Shown here in pieces: positions 26,212 through 38,768 of a stretch of DNA of 64,000 nt. The stretch's first letter is position 1. Each line of letters starts with the position of its first letter. Position numbers and translations under genes: made by a program. The notes below the pieces were generated by a model that was not told the origin of the DNA, did no database searches, and saw nothing but the letters and a program-made list of their open reading frames with translations. Source of the DNA: Cystobasidiomycetes sp. EMM_F5 (lineage: Eukaryota); the NCBI GenBank assembly GCA_051047955.1, contig JBPGPT010000019.1, positions 124,001 to 188,000 on the forward strand, in the 5' to 3' direction.

Positions 26212-27395
26212 CTGGCGCGCTTGAGCGCTACACTGCCAATCCAAATGAGCGTGTTTTTGGGCGAGGTTCGATATGAGACTGGGCGTTCGAGTGCGTACGT
26301 CGAGTGAGTGCAGAGTACCGTATATGCTGCACTCTGCCCTATCGTCGCCTATTTCACTAGCAAGGGAATGTGCGGGCAGGGTCCGAGTTATACTGCCTGT
26401 GCGCTGCTGAGCCTGGCGAAAAGGGAGGGTGGTGTCGATTTAGCGAGTGGGTGCAATTCAGCGTAGCCAGTACAGCTGAGTAGGGTGTTAGTTAGTTGGT
26501 TACAAGCTGGATTACTCTCTAACAACGCCGTGTTTATTCGGAATCGATCATTTCAAATCGCTGGAATGCATCAGGGTTGGGTGACCTGGCTTGGAAGTGG
26601 ACGATGGGATAGGGTAGATATCAGTTAGTTGATTACTGCGGGAGGAATAGGTATGCTCTACACGCTACAAGTTACTAGCAACTACTTCCGACAATCACTG
26701 CCACGGCGATGAAGGCTAAGCGTGGCTATGCTGCAGTGGGAATACAAGAGGGAGTGTGGATGGGAGTTGCGCATTGTCATCGCTTGACTCACTGAACACT
26801 CGTACACACTCGCAATCCCGCTGATTACCCACTCTCACAATGCTGAGCTTGTTTGAAGCACCGTCCAGGATATACGACTCAAAGGGTGGGCTATTAAAGA
26901 TGGAATAGTCTGGAGAATATACACTGACTTAGCTTACACTTTTCATTCGCACCCAGTCCTCCCAGTCAACCACTTCCCCAACAACGACATCTCCCACCTC
27001 GACGATGCCCAGTCGTACACCGACTTCAGCACAGAATACCCCCAGGACAGGACGCGGAGGTTGTCGAGGGATGAGGCAGAAGAGCGAAAGAAGCAGCTTC
27101 ACACTACGCAGCCCGTGCAGAGGCGAGTTTCGTTGACAAAGTGGATCTGCTTTCACTCTTGTGGAGATGTGTGGAGATGGCTGACTATGTCGTCTCCTGC
27201 CTCAGAGTGTTTACAATCACGTCTCCAAAGGTAGCAACACTCGCACTCTTCAGGTCACGTTGACCTCGACGGCATCCCTTCGTCGTATTCCCGTACCTCT
27301 CGCATTCTGCATCCAGAGACAATTATCCGTAAAATCCATGTATCCTGTAGCATCTCAAGCAGTCCAATCACAGACCTCTATGACTTCGGTACCTC

Positions 27396-28379
27396 TCATT
27401 CCATGTCATCCATTAACTCGTCATCACTGCCTCCCAAATCATGACTGATGATACACTTTTCCGGCTTGACGAAACCTCCGTACTTCATCCTACAACTAAA
27501 GTAGCGTTTTCCATCAACGCTCCCGTCATTCTTGCCGACAGGCTCATCGTACTCTATCCCCACCCATGCGCCTCTTGCAAACTCGACTGCTCCGATGTAT
27601 CGCACAATACCTCGACGTAGGAGGATCCCGTTCCCAGACATGTCGACTTGGACACGCGACGAGATGGTAAGATTCGGATTGATGCCCGGCTCGGTATCGT
27701 CAGGGGTAAGACCGGCAAATCGGCCAAGCTTGTTGCGCGCTTTGTATGCCATGACTGTGTCTGTGTGTAACAGTGTTTAGGCCATTTCTCCCCATAGAAT
27801 ATTACGGAGCACGGACCTTGTCGTGCCGCATAATCTTCTGCGGACATCTCGACGCTCTTGACGTTGTCGTCCTCTACGAAACTGTGCAACAACTGAGCAG
27901 CTTGCACGTCGTTTGTCGAGACCTGTCAAAAGTAGTCACGCGTAAACAGGACAATTTTCGCGTAAATTGCGAGGAGCTCAGACGCACCTTTATGATGTAG
28001 CCGTCCTTTTCGACCCCATAGTCTGCCAGTGTTGCATTGTCGTTTGTCAGGTATGAGATTGTCCTCCCTTCCGTTCGTTCGTAGCTCGTCGAAGGGGATG
28101 ATCCATCCTGGAGCTCCAAAACCTGGCTTGAAGCTGGTATGCCAGTAATGACGGCCAATTTCGACTATAGATAATCGTGAATCAGAGACAGTACGGCATC
28201 CTGGCGTCGCGTATGGGATGCGTGCGTACTCGGACATTATTTATCGTCAATGAAATTGGAAAGTGTCGTTCACTCTGCGTGCTGGGCGACAGCACAAACA
28301 CAGTCACACTGCGACCATGCATGGATTCTCCGTGGCTTGCTGATCCATCGCTGGAATAATACGCTTCCTCAATGACCAT
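27396..28379 (-). CDS. ALF1: Tubulin-folding cofactor B (Ubl + CAP-Gly)
   Basis: N-terminal Ubl (SERHFPISLTI...ITGIP...LADYGV) and C-terminal CAP-Gly RRGIVRYIG...WVGIEYDEPVGKNDGSVDGKRYFSC...YGGFVKP. Confidence 0.92.
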
Positions 28380-28897
28380 GTTTGTGTACGGGCCACTTGG
28401 ACAAACGAAACCACAGAAAACAATCAAGCCATATGAGTGAACGCATTGTCGTATCGGTCAGAAATCACCTTTATGCTGGCATGCTAATTATTCTCATAAT
28501 CTAATCTTGTGCTGCAATATACCAAAATGCATGGGCGTGGGTTAGACGTTGTGCATCGTTCCCAAAGTCATGTGGGAAACCGATGGAAATGCGGAAGTCA
28601 TGCGGTACGAAGGCCCTTGTGCCCCGCCAATCTGCAGATTGCATACCGTCTGCCGCAAAAATGGTAGGAAGACGTAGACCCGGATGACCCTACCGCGTAA
28701 GAGCTGCAACCCATGGCCGAACCGGCCCGAGAAACCTTGCGAAATAGGGGAAGCGCAAACTATGCTGACGCTGAGCAGGCCGTGCTGCAAGTATTTTCAA
28801 CCCAGATCCTTTCGAACTACTTCTTTTGGCCGATTCAATTCGATGCTGGGGAGGCCTTGACTGAGCTGGTCCCATTACGGCTCCGTTCGAACTGCTT

Positions 28898-29543
28898 TTA
28901 CTGGGGGAAACGCTCAAACACCTCACAGAATCCGTTGAAGACATTTGCGTTGTGGAAGCATCCGAAGCGCTCGCATTGCTTCGGTGCTGACTAGGTCGTG
29001 ACAGAGATGCTCGCGGCACAGATTCGTTCGATCCCTTACGAGAGAAGACGATGAAGCAGAGAAGCTCGCGCGTGGGGTTTTGTTTCTAGAAAGGTCGGAC
29101 AGGGCGGAATCAGAGCGACGGCTGGCTTTCTGCCCGGTCAGTATTTCCGCCGCTCCGCGCTCCACATTCATCAAACGGGCAGAAAATTCCGCTTCGGTAC
29201 ATACCATGACACAACAGTAGTCACGGCGGATGAGCGCGCCAACAATGTTGTATAAGTCTTGTTCTGTCATGTTAGGATTCGCCATTTGCTGTGCAAGGCG
29301 TTGGGCCTCATAGGCTGTGGCTAGACCTTCTATCTGCCGTACCTTCATCGGGTAGGTCACACCGGCGAGCAGTCCACGTATATTGACGTTGGAGTATGCT
29401 TGAACTCGATTCTTGTATGCGGGATGTTCATATTCGTAGAGCAGCCATTCCGGTTCCGATTCAACCGAAGATTTCGTCGATGGTGCAGATCTAAGGCCCG
29501 ACAGACGCCTCTCCCCGTCGTTGTAATAACGCGAGGCGTTCAT
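28898..29543 (-). CDS. Unknown protein, member F of the IEGL/YxC family; termini approximate
   Basis: Contains KVRQIEGLATAYEAQRLAQQMANPNMTEQDLYNIVGALIRRDYCC. ATG at 29543 follows a GTAAGA...CCACAG intron. A probable 3' intron (GTAAGG...CCTAG) gives the tail SAPKQCERFGCFHNANVFNGFCEVFERFPQ*. Confidence 0.65.
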
Positions 29544-30040
29544 GTCTGTGGAGTCGAAGCCAAGGTACAAGAGACGATGATGGAGTGTACGCCAGAGGCC
29601 AGTCAGGTGTCTTACGATGTGCGTGTGCGGGTAGATGGAGGTAATTTGGGTACTGGTAAGATCTCGGACGTGACTGTAAAGTCTGACAAGAAAATAGAAG
29701 AGAGAAAGCCGACACAGAAAGCAACATCCAACAAGACTTGTCGGAATTCAAGCGGCGGGGCATGCCGTCGGCATAGCCTTTCCAACGTTGCTGCGTGAAG
29801 AACGCGGAACGAGTGACGCGAATGTCCTCCGCTGCACCGCTTCAGCGATACTACGTGTGTCCTGCGATTAAAATGGGTTTCGTGGACTGGGGACAGGCGT
29901 CTGCTGTTTTGCAGCGTAGTCAGCGGCAGCATGGAGGGGACATCGTTGACATTAGAAATGTTGCCGAGTGATGGCCTCTTTCCCACCGTATCAGTCAGCA
30001 GTCAGCAGCTCGCGTCGCTTTGCCATCTGTCAGCTATGCG

Positions 30041-30073
30041 ATTGTGCTCCTAGGACAATTGTGCTCCTAGGAC
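30041..30073. repeat. Direct tandem duplication ATTGTGCTCCTAGGAC-A-ATTGTGCTCCTAGGAC
   Basis: Two identical 16-mers with a 17-nt period, read directly from the sequence. Confidence 0.9.
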
Positions 30074-30800
30074 GATATGTCGTTTGTGAAGATGATAATC
30101 CAACCTAAATGATGGAAGTCTGGCTGCAAGATGCCGCTCTGCCAGTGCTGATTGTCATATTGATGCATTCCAGACTGTCTCCAAAGCAGTATTCGTGCTC
30201 GCGTTTGGAGTCGCATCGACGTCGAAGTCCAAGATCAATCGTCGACAATGGAAATTGGGTCTGTGCGACGCACTCTGCGTGCTCGACGACATTGTGGAGA
30301 CAGTCACCCTGCGCCTATCGCGCTTCTTACATCGCACACTAATCTATTGCTCGCAGTTCCGCGCGATATATGTCTTCACTGACTGCGCCTTGCAGCGACA
30401 TCATGATGCTTCAAATTGTCTGATATGCCACCCACGCAGCTAACATTCAATGGACCTACAAAGACAGTGACCGTGTAGTTACTGATTCCTTACAGCAAAG
30501 CGTCCCATCTCACGCATCGTCTCGGCGCGCATCGTCGAAGTTCACGACTCGGACACACGGACGCCAAGGGTATTGCCGAGGGCCAAAGAACAGGCTTCTG
30601 TTCCAATTCTCGCAACACTCAGCATTGCTTCTGCACTCGGGCATCATCGCCGAAGAAAAGCGATGTGCTGACACACTGACTTCGGCCATGACCAATCGCA
30701 CATGGCTACCATAGCCTGCCGACTGTATGTATGAACAGCGGGATCTGGGTCTGGTTACATAGTATCACCATCGATTGCCTTTTTCTTACCACTTCACCAG

Positions 30801-31978
30801 ATGAAAGGCATTTACGTGTCAAAATCGGGCTGCGAAAAGAGAACGCTGGAGCTTGTGCTGCCAGAGAGCGACGAAGTGCTTATCAAGAATGTAGCCGTCG
30901 ATGCCAATCCCAAAGGTATTTCGTTTATGGCTTTGTGCGCGGTGCGCGTCAGCCCTAGCTGATGTACCTGTCTATTTTGTAGATTGGAAGATGGCAGCGG
31001 AGTGGGGTATGTTTGAAGGAGTCGAGGGCAACGATGTAGCAGGCTACATTGAAGCTGTAGGCAAAGATGTTACAGAGTTCAAGAAGGGAGACAAAGTGAG
31101 TCCTCGTGCGCAAGGACGTGGCCATGTGAACTAAAACTGATGGTACGACCTTGTACGCACTACAATCTCGCTAGGTAGCTGCTTTCACCAAGATTGGTGT
31201 AGACGATAAATTTGGCGCGTATCAAGAGTACTCCATCGCTCCCAGCAGCACAACCTTTCACCTCGGCCCCAAAAGCTCCTTCGAAGACGCTGCTACTCTA
31301 CCTCTAGCTGCAATGACAGCCGCTATCTGCCTCTTCGTTAAGCTTGGCTTGCCGCAGCCGTGCATGCCCGATCCCAGCCAGACGCCGGACCCTCACGGCG
31401 TAGTCGTCATCAATGGTGCTGCGTCTTCCGTCGGCGCATTTGCGGTACAATTGGCCAAGCTGGCCCGCTTCAAGGTCATAGGGATTGCCGGCGTATCCTC
31501 GCAAGTCGCAAAAGATCTCGACGCCGACGTTGTCATCGACTACCGCAACAAGTCAGACGAAGAGCTGGCCAAAGACATCGTCGAGGCCGTAAAGTCAACC
31601 TCTGCTGAATTGGTGGGAATTGTAGACGCTGTCAGTACTAAAGAGTCAGGCACTCTTCTGGCAGAACACATCCTGCAAGCCTTTGGAGGCGGAAGCATTA
31701 CTACCCTCCTGCCGGCATACGGACAAGCGGATGCTCCTGCGAACGTGAAAATTCTCATGGAGATGGTAGCTACGGCATATGGCGACGACTCGGCATTCGC
31801 AAAAAGGATGTACCGTCAGCTTGGTCAATGGCTAGAAGAGGGCATCTTCAAGCCCAACAAGGTCAAACTCATGCCTAATGGTCTCGACTCTGTCGAGGAG
31901 GGCCTAGCGTTGTTGCGGAACAATAAGGTCAACGGTGTTAAGCTCGTGTATCGCATTGCAGATACTTCAGATTTGTAA
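30801..31978 (+). CDS. Medium-chain dehydrogenase/enoyl reductase-like protein (quinone oxidoreductase/ToxD type)
   Basis: EVLIKNVAVDANPK|DWK, GNDVAGYIEAVGKDVTEFKKGDK, GAYQEY, SFEDAATLPLAAMTA, INGAASSVGAFAVQLAK and GVKLVYRI motifs. Confidence 0.9.
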
Positions 31979-32074
31979 ATGCAGGCATATCTCTTTAATA
32001 TAACAGTCGTGCTATATCCGTCACGGCAACACTTGGAAGCACCGCGTGCTTACACAAACTTCCGGTAGTTCCCC

Positions 32075-32524
32075 TCAGCCGCTTAGTCGGCGGCCTTGTA
32101 CCAGCGACTCGGCGGTCTGACGTGGTACATTCCTGAATCTGTCGATCCATTGTCCATAGGTGACAGGCCCGTTACCCGTGCGAGACCACGTACGAGTGCC
32201 CGTCTGGATACATCGGTAACAGTGAGAGATATTTGAAACCGCTTTGGAGTAGGAGTCACCGGGCGATTCGGCTGCATAAGACTCTCTGCGATCATTGTAA
32301 GCTTTGTCCAAAATGCTAGTCAGTCCTTCTATCTCTGCAACTGGCTTGTACAAAAATTCGAAAGGAGGCGTCGACTCCGTGATGCGGACTTTTCGTGGAT
32401 ACATCATGTTGCTTGCCTCGTACCGTTCAACCTTATATTCGAAGACAGTGTGGACAATGTCTTGACCGCTAGTGACTTTAAATCTCGACAGCGTTGGCCT
32501 GTGTTTCTTAAAGCTCGCTAACAT
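32075..32524 (-). CDS. Unknown 149-aa protein, member A of the IEGL/YxC family
   Basis: Intronless ATG ORF with PVAEIEGLTSILDKAYNDRRESYAAESPGDSYSKAVSNISHCYRC, similar to neighbouring ORFs. Confidence 0.8.
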   Translation of the reverse strand: MLASFKKHRPTLSRFKVTSGQDIVHTVFEYKVERYEASNMMYPRKVRITESTPPFEFLYKPVAEIEGLTSILDKAYNDRRESYAAESPGDSYSKAVSNISHCYRCIQTGTRTWSRTGNGPVTYGQWIDRFRNVPRQTAESLVQGRRLSG

Positions 32525-32928
32525 TTGTATTATACCCGAGCAACGGCCGTATGGGAAGGTAGTGCGATGTAGAGTGGAGTGGAAGAGAGGCTAGTCAGGT
32601 AGTCTAAACGGGACAGAGAGCAGCAGTATGACTTTGCACGACGAACGGCAGTGCAGCCTTGGACACCGCTACTACCAAAATGACCGTCTGCACGCCGAAC
32701 ACAGCCATGGCGTAAGGAGGTGAACGCAGCCGCGACGCTACCTTGCTGCAGCGAAATAATTTCTGCGCTGGTTGCACATTCAGTGAGCTTGGCGAGTTCT
32801 GCCTCAGCATCGAGGCAATGGCATTAGCGGCGCTACATCAGCTGCACACCACAGAGCAAGCCTCTGCGGTGAAGGCAAAGGTGAATTTATCAAGTTCCTA
32901 CATCGGGATGTACATGCTCATACGAGAT

Positions 32929-33375
32929 CTATCTGGACGCCGTACGCTGATCGGCTGTTGCCCTGTGAAGATGCTCCCAAGTCGTGATTGTCGACCCGTA
33001 ACGTTTCTGACCATTTTGCATAGTCCATGGGACAATAGATGTCCGTAGACATCTGTAGTCGTTACCAAAGCTGCGAAAAACCGCGCGAAAACGGGTCGCT
33101 TCATCTTCAGCACCAAATTGTGTCTGACGCTGAGCATCCGCCGTCCTGAAGGTATCGCTAAGACCAGCAATCTGCGAGAGTGGTTGTCGAATTGTGGGAA
33201 ACTCCGAGGGAGCGCGAGCTGTCGTCAGCCCTACTGACTTGACGCCGTCGTGATCTGTACCGTAGCAGAAGTCGCTAGCCTTGTTTGCGGGGACAACATA
33301 TCGGAATGCAAGATAGGAGGTATCTCTACCGGAGGAGGGTTGTGGTGTCAAAGCCTTTCTAATTCGGCTCGTCAT
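32929..33375 (-). CDS. Unknown 148-aa protein, member B of the IEGL/YxC family
   Basis: First ATG at 33375 (the ORF-track start at 33477 is GTG). Contains PLSQIAGLSDTFRTADAQRQTQFGAEDEATRFRAVFRSFGNDYRC. Confidence 0.78.
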   Translation of the reverse strand: MTSRIRKALTPQPSSGRDTSYLAFRYVVPANKASDFCYGTDHDGVKSVGLTTARAPSEFPTIRQPLSQIAGLSDTFRTADAQRQTQFGAEDEATRFRAVFRSFGNDYRCLRTSIVPWTMQNGQKRYGSTITTWEHLHRATADQRTASR

Positions 33376-33877
33376 GGCTGTTGCAGGGTAAGTTGTTGTG
33401 GTGTACGGGTCGAGTTGTGACGGTGAAGATGTGAAGAGCAAGAGCAAGAGGTGGAGGAAAGCGGAAGAGCGAGGCACAAACGAGAGCGAATAGCCGAAGT
33501 GCAGCGCCTCTCAACAGCCTCAATGTGGCGCCTGTACCGTATGTTGGTCAGCTGACGCTACCGAGCACACCTCAAATCGGTGGATATCCGAGATGCAACG
33601 CGGTCCTGCGGGACATCGTTTGCTGATACTGACTGCGTCATCTCTTCAGCACCCTTGGTGCCTCTCGCGCAGCTGAAAAACTCAATACATGCGCCTTTCA
33701 GCTCACTCGTGGACAGCGATTGCTGAGCCATTCGCCTCGGTCGTAGGTAGCAGCAACAAATCAAATGGCGTCAGGACTTATCAGGTCTAGTTTGAGTGAT
33801 GGAGTTGTCTTGCGTTCGTTATAGAAGAGCACATAACGATTGATTGGCGTCAACACAAAGAAGAGAGTCGCGATTGA

Positions 33878-34387
33878 CTAGCTGTGGCGTGCGCGACTAG
33901 CAAGATGATTGGAAGACGAATTTAAAGCGGACTGAGGGAAAAGGGTAAGTGTATCTCGCCGAGATGTATTCTGATACTCATAAACCTCGTCGGCGTATTC
34001 GCGGGTCCCGGTGGCGGATCGTCGCCATGTTGCTGTTGCCGTCCACATGCACACATAATGGGTGTCCAGGGTGGACAGTGATGCAGAGTATGAAGCTTCC
34101 TTTCCTTCTGATGAACAACTGTGTCTCCGCGCATTGTAAGCAATGTCCAAAATTCGCTCCAGACCTTCGATGTCTTTCACGAACATCTGTTGAATTTGAC
34201 CATTTTGCGTTACAAGGACTTCTATCTTTCTTGCCGGTCGACCATTGAATTCTGCATTGAGTAAGTCGGACGGATTGGAAGGATCCCGGTTATATCGATA
34301 AAATCCACGTCTCTGTACTGTACCAAACTTGGCTTTGGCGGGAGCGACTTTGCGTACAACTCTTTTGGCTTGTTGCCAGATGAACAT
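33878..34387 (-). CDS. Unknown 169-aa protein, member C of the IEGL/YxC family
   Basis: Intronless ATG ORF with FVKDIEGLERILDIAYNARRHSCSSEGKEASYSASLSTLDTHYVC; closest to member A. Confidence 0.8.
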   Translation of the reverse strand: MFIWQQAKRVVRKVAPAKAKFGTVQRRGFYRYNRDPSNPSDLLNAEFNGRPARKIEVLVTQNGQIQQMFVKDIEGLERILDIAYNARRHSCSSEGKEASYSASLSTLDTHYVCMWTATATWRRSATGTREYADEVYEYQNTSRRDTLTLFPQSALNSSSNHLASRARHS

Positions 34388-34872
34388 GGCGTGTACTATG
34401 GCAAAGACAGAATTATGCGTGTATGAAGGTGTTTCGATAGTCGACGGTTCTTAGAAGTGGAGGTCGGCTTAACCTCTATTGAAGACTGAAGAGAGAGTAG
34501 AAAAGCTGGACATTGTACACGCTACGCAGGATAGCAAAACGCAACAATGCACTGTAGATCCCCTCCAAAGTCTTTGAGTGGCAGTCAAAGCAAGAAGCTG
34601 TGCCAACGAGGAGAATGGGGTGAGTACCGCACCTGTGTACAAAGACACATAAAGGAGAGCGATAGATGCCAATTCCTCCTCGAATGGGTATGGCAGAGAC
34701 AGCTGCTGTAACGCAGTCCATTCAAGCACTAAGCGGTCAACGGAATAGATTGGCGAACAGGAAAACCCGACAGTTCTTGAAGCATTAGCACTCAATCATC
34801 TTGTCAGTCAACAGAGGCGTGATTAAACATGCCGTAAGTATCGCCGTTACCGACATACTGCCTGATTGCACG

Positions 34873-36021
34873 CTACTGTGGTGCCCTGGACTGTGCAGCG
34901 GCGAGATCCGCGTCCGTCACGCCTTTAGCTGCCTGAGCGGCATGAAAAGTCGCCGAGGTGCCCAAGAGACCTGCTCCAGCCACCACCCCTACATTTCCTG
35001 CCGCTCCTCCAGCCTGAGCTGACAACTTTCCAACGTCTTCGCCGTAGCTATGCGTTACGACATCTCCCATGCCTTGCTTTGCCGCGCTGCCAATATCTGC
35101 TTGCCTGCAATGGAAGTAGGGTAAGTGTGAAGTGCGTATGTTGAGTCGCTCAACACCCACCCAATACTAAACTGTTCGCTGACGTCTCCGAAGGCCCGCC
35201 CGACTTCCTCGACTGTCTTTCTGGCTTCAGACTTCTCATGCTCGGTCTGGAAGCATGTTTGTCAGCATACAGCGTCCTGGACACACCACGAAAAACAGAC
35301 ATACCTTTTGTCCGATGTGAAACGTCTTTCCAATCGTCTCTCCGACGGCGTGAGATAGTCCACCGATGACTGCTGCTGCTGACGTTGCAAAGTTGGCGGC
35401 CGTTTGCGTGGCGCTATTGACTTGACGGGCTCGTGCGTGCGTCGTCCGTGAGAATGTCGTTGGCGCATCAGATGGGGCGTGTGATGCCTTGTAGCTGGTC
35501 GTATTCCTCCATTTTTAGCCATGTATGCCGCTATACTCTATGTTATCGTCTGCACACCTCTCGACTTGCTGCTTGATACTGTCTACGGCGCCATGTCCTG
35601 CTTCCTTCAAGCCTGCTGCAATCTCGTCCCCTCCTGCGCGCACGCTGTTTCCCAAAAGGTATCCATGTTGGACGAGCAATCTTTCCCATTCGTCACGTTT
35701 AGCGCCTAGATCAGTCCCCTCCTCTTCTACTCCATCTGGCATCTCTATCCGTATCCATCCCTGCGGCCCCTGTACGTCTTTCAGGTGAGGCCGCAGCAGG
35801 TATATGTTGCCATTGCCAGTCTGCGTGCCCAGCAGCGTCTCTTCGTCGAGAGGGAATGCCAGCGAGTCTCCGAATGTGATTGTCAGAGGTGGAGTGGAGC
35901 TGTCGCCGTATACTTCGACAAGAGCCAGTTCTGCGTCATTAGCCAGCGGTATTTGCTGGTCTCCGAGCAAGTGGATGGCCGAACAGCCGGGAATGGTGAC
36001 GAGGGGAGGAGCAGAGACCAT
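34873..36021 (-). CDS. Spartin/senescence-domain-like protein
   Basis: N-terminal beta-rich domain (LTITFGDSLAFPL...YLL...GWIRIEMP) and C-terminal small-residue amphipathic region with DVVTHSYGEDVG, resembling the senescence domain VxHxYGxxAG motif. Confidence 0.65.
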
Positions 36022-36219
36022 GATTGGGGCAGACGATTGATTTGAAAGAGAGAAGGAGAGATGCAAAGCAGAAAGATCCAATTAGTATTTGAGAATCGAT
36101 CATTGCATTCAAACGCAATGACGCGAACAGACAGTCTTTGTTCCGACATGCAAACATGACACTGTTACATTGTTAAACATGGTATATACCTAAACATCTG
36201 ATACACCCACCCCGCCGCC

Positions 36220-38768
36220 ATGGACGTCGTCGCGGCCATAAACGCGTACATTACCCGGATGGTCGAGCAGACGTCCGGGGTCAAGGTGTTGCTGTTGGAT
36301 GCGGATACGGTGTGTGGGAGTGGTCGATTGGAAGAGGCGTATACTGATCATCAATCGCAGACTCCCATCATGTCGATGGCTTCCACGACGTCCGCCCTGC
36401 TGTCACAGGAAGTGTACCTGACGGACAGGCTCGACAACACCGCTCGCGAGAGAATGCCCCACCTCAAGTGCATATGCTTCCTAAGGCCAACGCAGTCGTC
36501 TCTGGCTGCGATGGAGGAGGAACTCCGCCATCCGCGTTACAGCGGGTACTGGATATTCTTCACAAACATTCTCCAGAAGAGCGCTATTGAGCGATTGGCG
36601 GAAGCTGATCAGTCCGAAGTCGTGCGAGAGGTGCAGGTGAGTTGATTCTATCCGTGACCTGCCGCTCTCGCCGCTTTGACTGACGTGCCCGCACAAAAAC
36701 ACAGGAGTACTTTGCAGACTTCTCGCCCATAACATCGAGTCACTATACACTCAACTGCCTGCCTGCTCCTTTGTCTCCCTACTACGAGTCATCGTGAGTA
36801 CATAAGTCATTGTCGCCCACCTCTACTCAGTCGAAATCGCAACAGCCGGTTCCGGTTATACGGAGACACTCCTGGATCCTTCGATGCCTCCCCAACCACA
36901 GGCAGTCTCCAACGACATAAAGACGGTCTCACCGCTGTCCTACTCTCCCTCAAGAAGAAGCCGATTATCCGCTTCGAACGCATGTCGCCCATGGCAAAGA
37001 AGCTCGGCCAGGAGATTCAGGTATGCACTCTAGTCAAAGCGCACAAAAGTCTATGTGTATTAAGCTGATAAAGTTCCGCATACAAGCAACTAATCTCCGC
37101 CGAATCGACCCTCTTCGACTTCCGACCATCGGCTACTCAACCAGTCCTCTTAATACTAGATCGTCGCAACGATCCCGTCACACCTCTGCTGACGCAGTGG
37201 ACATACCAAGCCATGGTGCATGATCTAATGGGAATCACAAATGGTAGAGTCGATCTCTCGAAAGCACCCGACATTCGAGAAGACGTCCGAGAAGTAGTCA
37301 TCTCACCCGAACAAGACAGTTTTTTCGCACGAAATCTATACGACAACTTTGGTGACCTGGGCGCAAACGTGAAAGCTTACGTCAACGAATACCAAAACAA
37401 GTCGTTTTCCACGGGGTCTGGTGGTTCTGCAAGCGGAACGAGCACGCCAGGCAAGAATCGTATAGAAACGATTGCCGATATGAAGCGGTTCGTGGAGGAG
37501 TACCCCGAGTTTCGCAAGCTCGGCGGAAATGTCAGCAAACACGTCGCTCTGATCGGTGAACTCAGTCGGCTAGTGAGCGCAAATCGGCTGCTAGAAGTGT
37601 CTGAACTGGAACAGAGTCTGGCGTGCGCGGAGAACCATCGCGATGACCTGCGGGTGAATAAATGTGTACAAATCTGTTCGTTGAACTCACTAATAGTATA
37701 AATTCAGAGTCTTCAAAACCTGATCAAAGCTACGGATATCGCGCCTGCGAACAAGCTACGTCTGGCTCTGCTGTATGCACTCCGCTACCAGAAATACTCT
37801 GGCAATGCAATCAACCTGGTTGTCGACTCTCTGTTGCAAAACGGAGTGTCAGAGTCCGATGCCGCTGTGAGGCCCATTTCGCATAGAAAGAAAGTGCATC
37901 GACTAATTCCACATCCTGCAAGCTCGTGCACGTTATGCTGAACTTTGCTGGCGCGGAACAACGGCAGGATGATCTGTTTATGAATGAAGGTTTCCTCTCT
38001 CGCGGCAAGTCAGTGATGAAAGGTTTAAAGGTAAACCAACACAAACATAATTCGTTCCGGCGCTGACGTGTGGGTCTTCTGCAAAAGGGCATTGAAAACG
38101 TCTATACTCAGCATACACCGCATATATCGCAAACGATAGAACTGCTCTTACGTGGTCGCTTGAGAGACGCTTCCTACCCATTCTTGGAGAACGCTCCTCC
38201 GCCTAATCAGCTTCATCCAAGACCGCAGGATGTCATACTGTTCATCATAGGCGGTACTACGTACGAAGAGGCTCGTACGGTCGCCATGCTGAATCAACAA
38301 TTTGCAAGCGGTCAGAATGTGTTTGGTCTAGCTGGCCCGGGTGCAGCAGCGACTTCTACCGGTCTCAATCACACAAGAATAATCATCGGCGGTACTGGTG
38401 TGCTCAATTCGAGCCTGTGAGTTCTGAGCTCGGCGTCGCAGGCATAGCATGCTGACGGTGTTTTTTGGTCATGCAGATTTCTCGACATGCTCAGAGACGC
38501 CGCAACTCGCTTCCCACCATCAATGCAATCATCATCCCTATCATTGCGGCCTCCTCCACCCGAACAGCAGTCATCGCAAGAAAGCTTCAATCTCCAGCTG
38601 GGAAATATCTCCCTAAGTGTCGCTCCGCCAAATATCGATCTCAAGAATCTGGCCAGCAATCCTACGCTTCATCGCGCTGGTAATACTCTCGAAGCTGGAG
38701 TGGACGGCGCAGCTAACCTAGCTCGAAACGTCTTCGGGAAGCTTATGGACAGAGTCCAACAGGCCTGA
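36220..38768 (+). CDS. VPS45: Sec1/Munc18 protein Vps45
   Basis: KVLLLDADT, ERMPHLKCICFLRP, LILDRRNDPVTPLLTQWTYQAMVH, DMKRFVEEYPEFRKLGGNVSKHV, ENVYTQHTP and FIIGGTTYEE motifs. Confidence 0.96.

Noticed and set aside
26300..27390. About 1.1-kb gene-free interval with a GTGGAGATG direct repeat at 27161-27179
   Set aside because: No convincing ORF, tRNA or snoRNA boxes seen; most simply the long promoter/5' UTR of the surface-sensor gene.
33376..33477. Signal-peptide-like N-terminus (MPRSSAFLHLLLLLF) of family member B
   Set aside because: The ORF-track start is GTG; the Leu run comes from a pyrimidine-rich leader. The first ATG is 33375 and paralogues A, C, D and E lack signal peptides.
1652..38768. 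Apparent grouping of secretory/vacuolar genes (VPS10, DAP, SPC2, DER1, VPS45)
   Set aside because: Interspersed with unrelated genes; consistent with chance in a compact genome.
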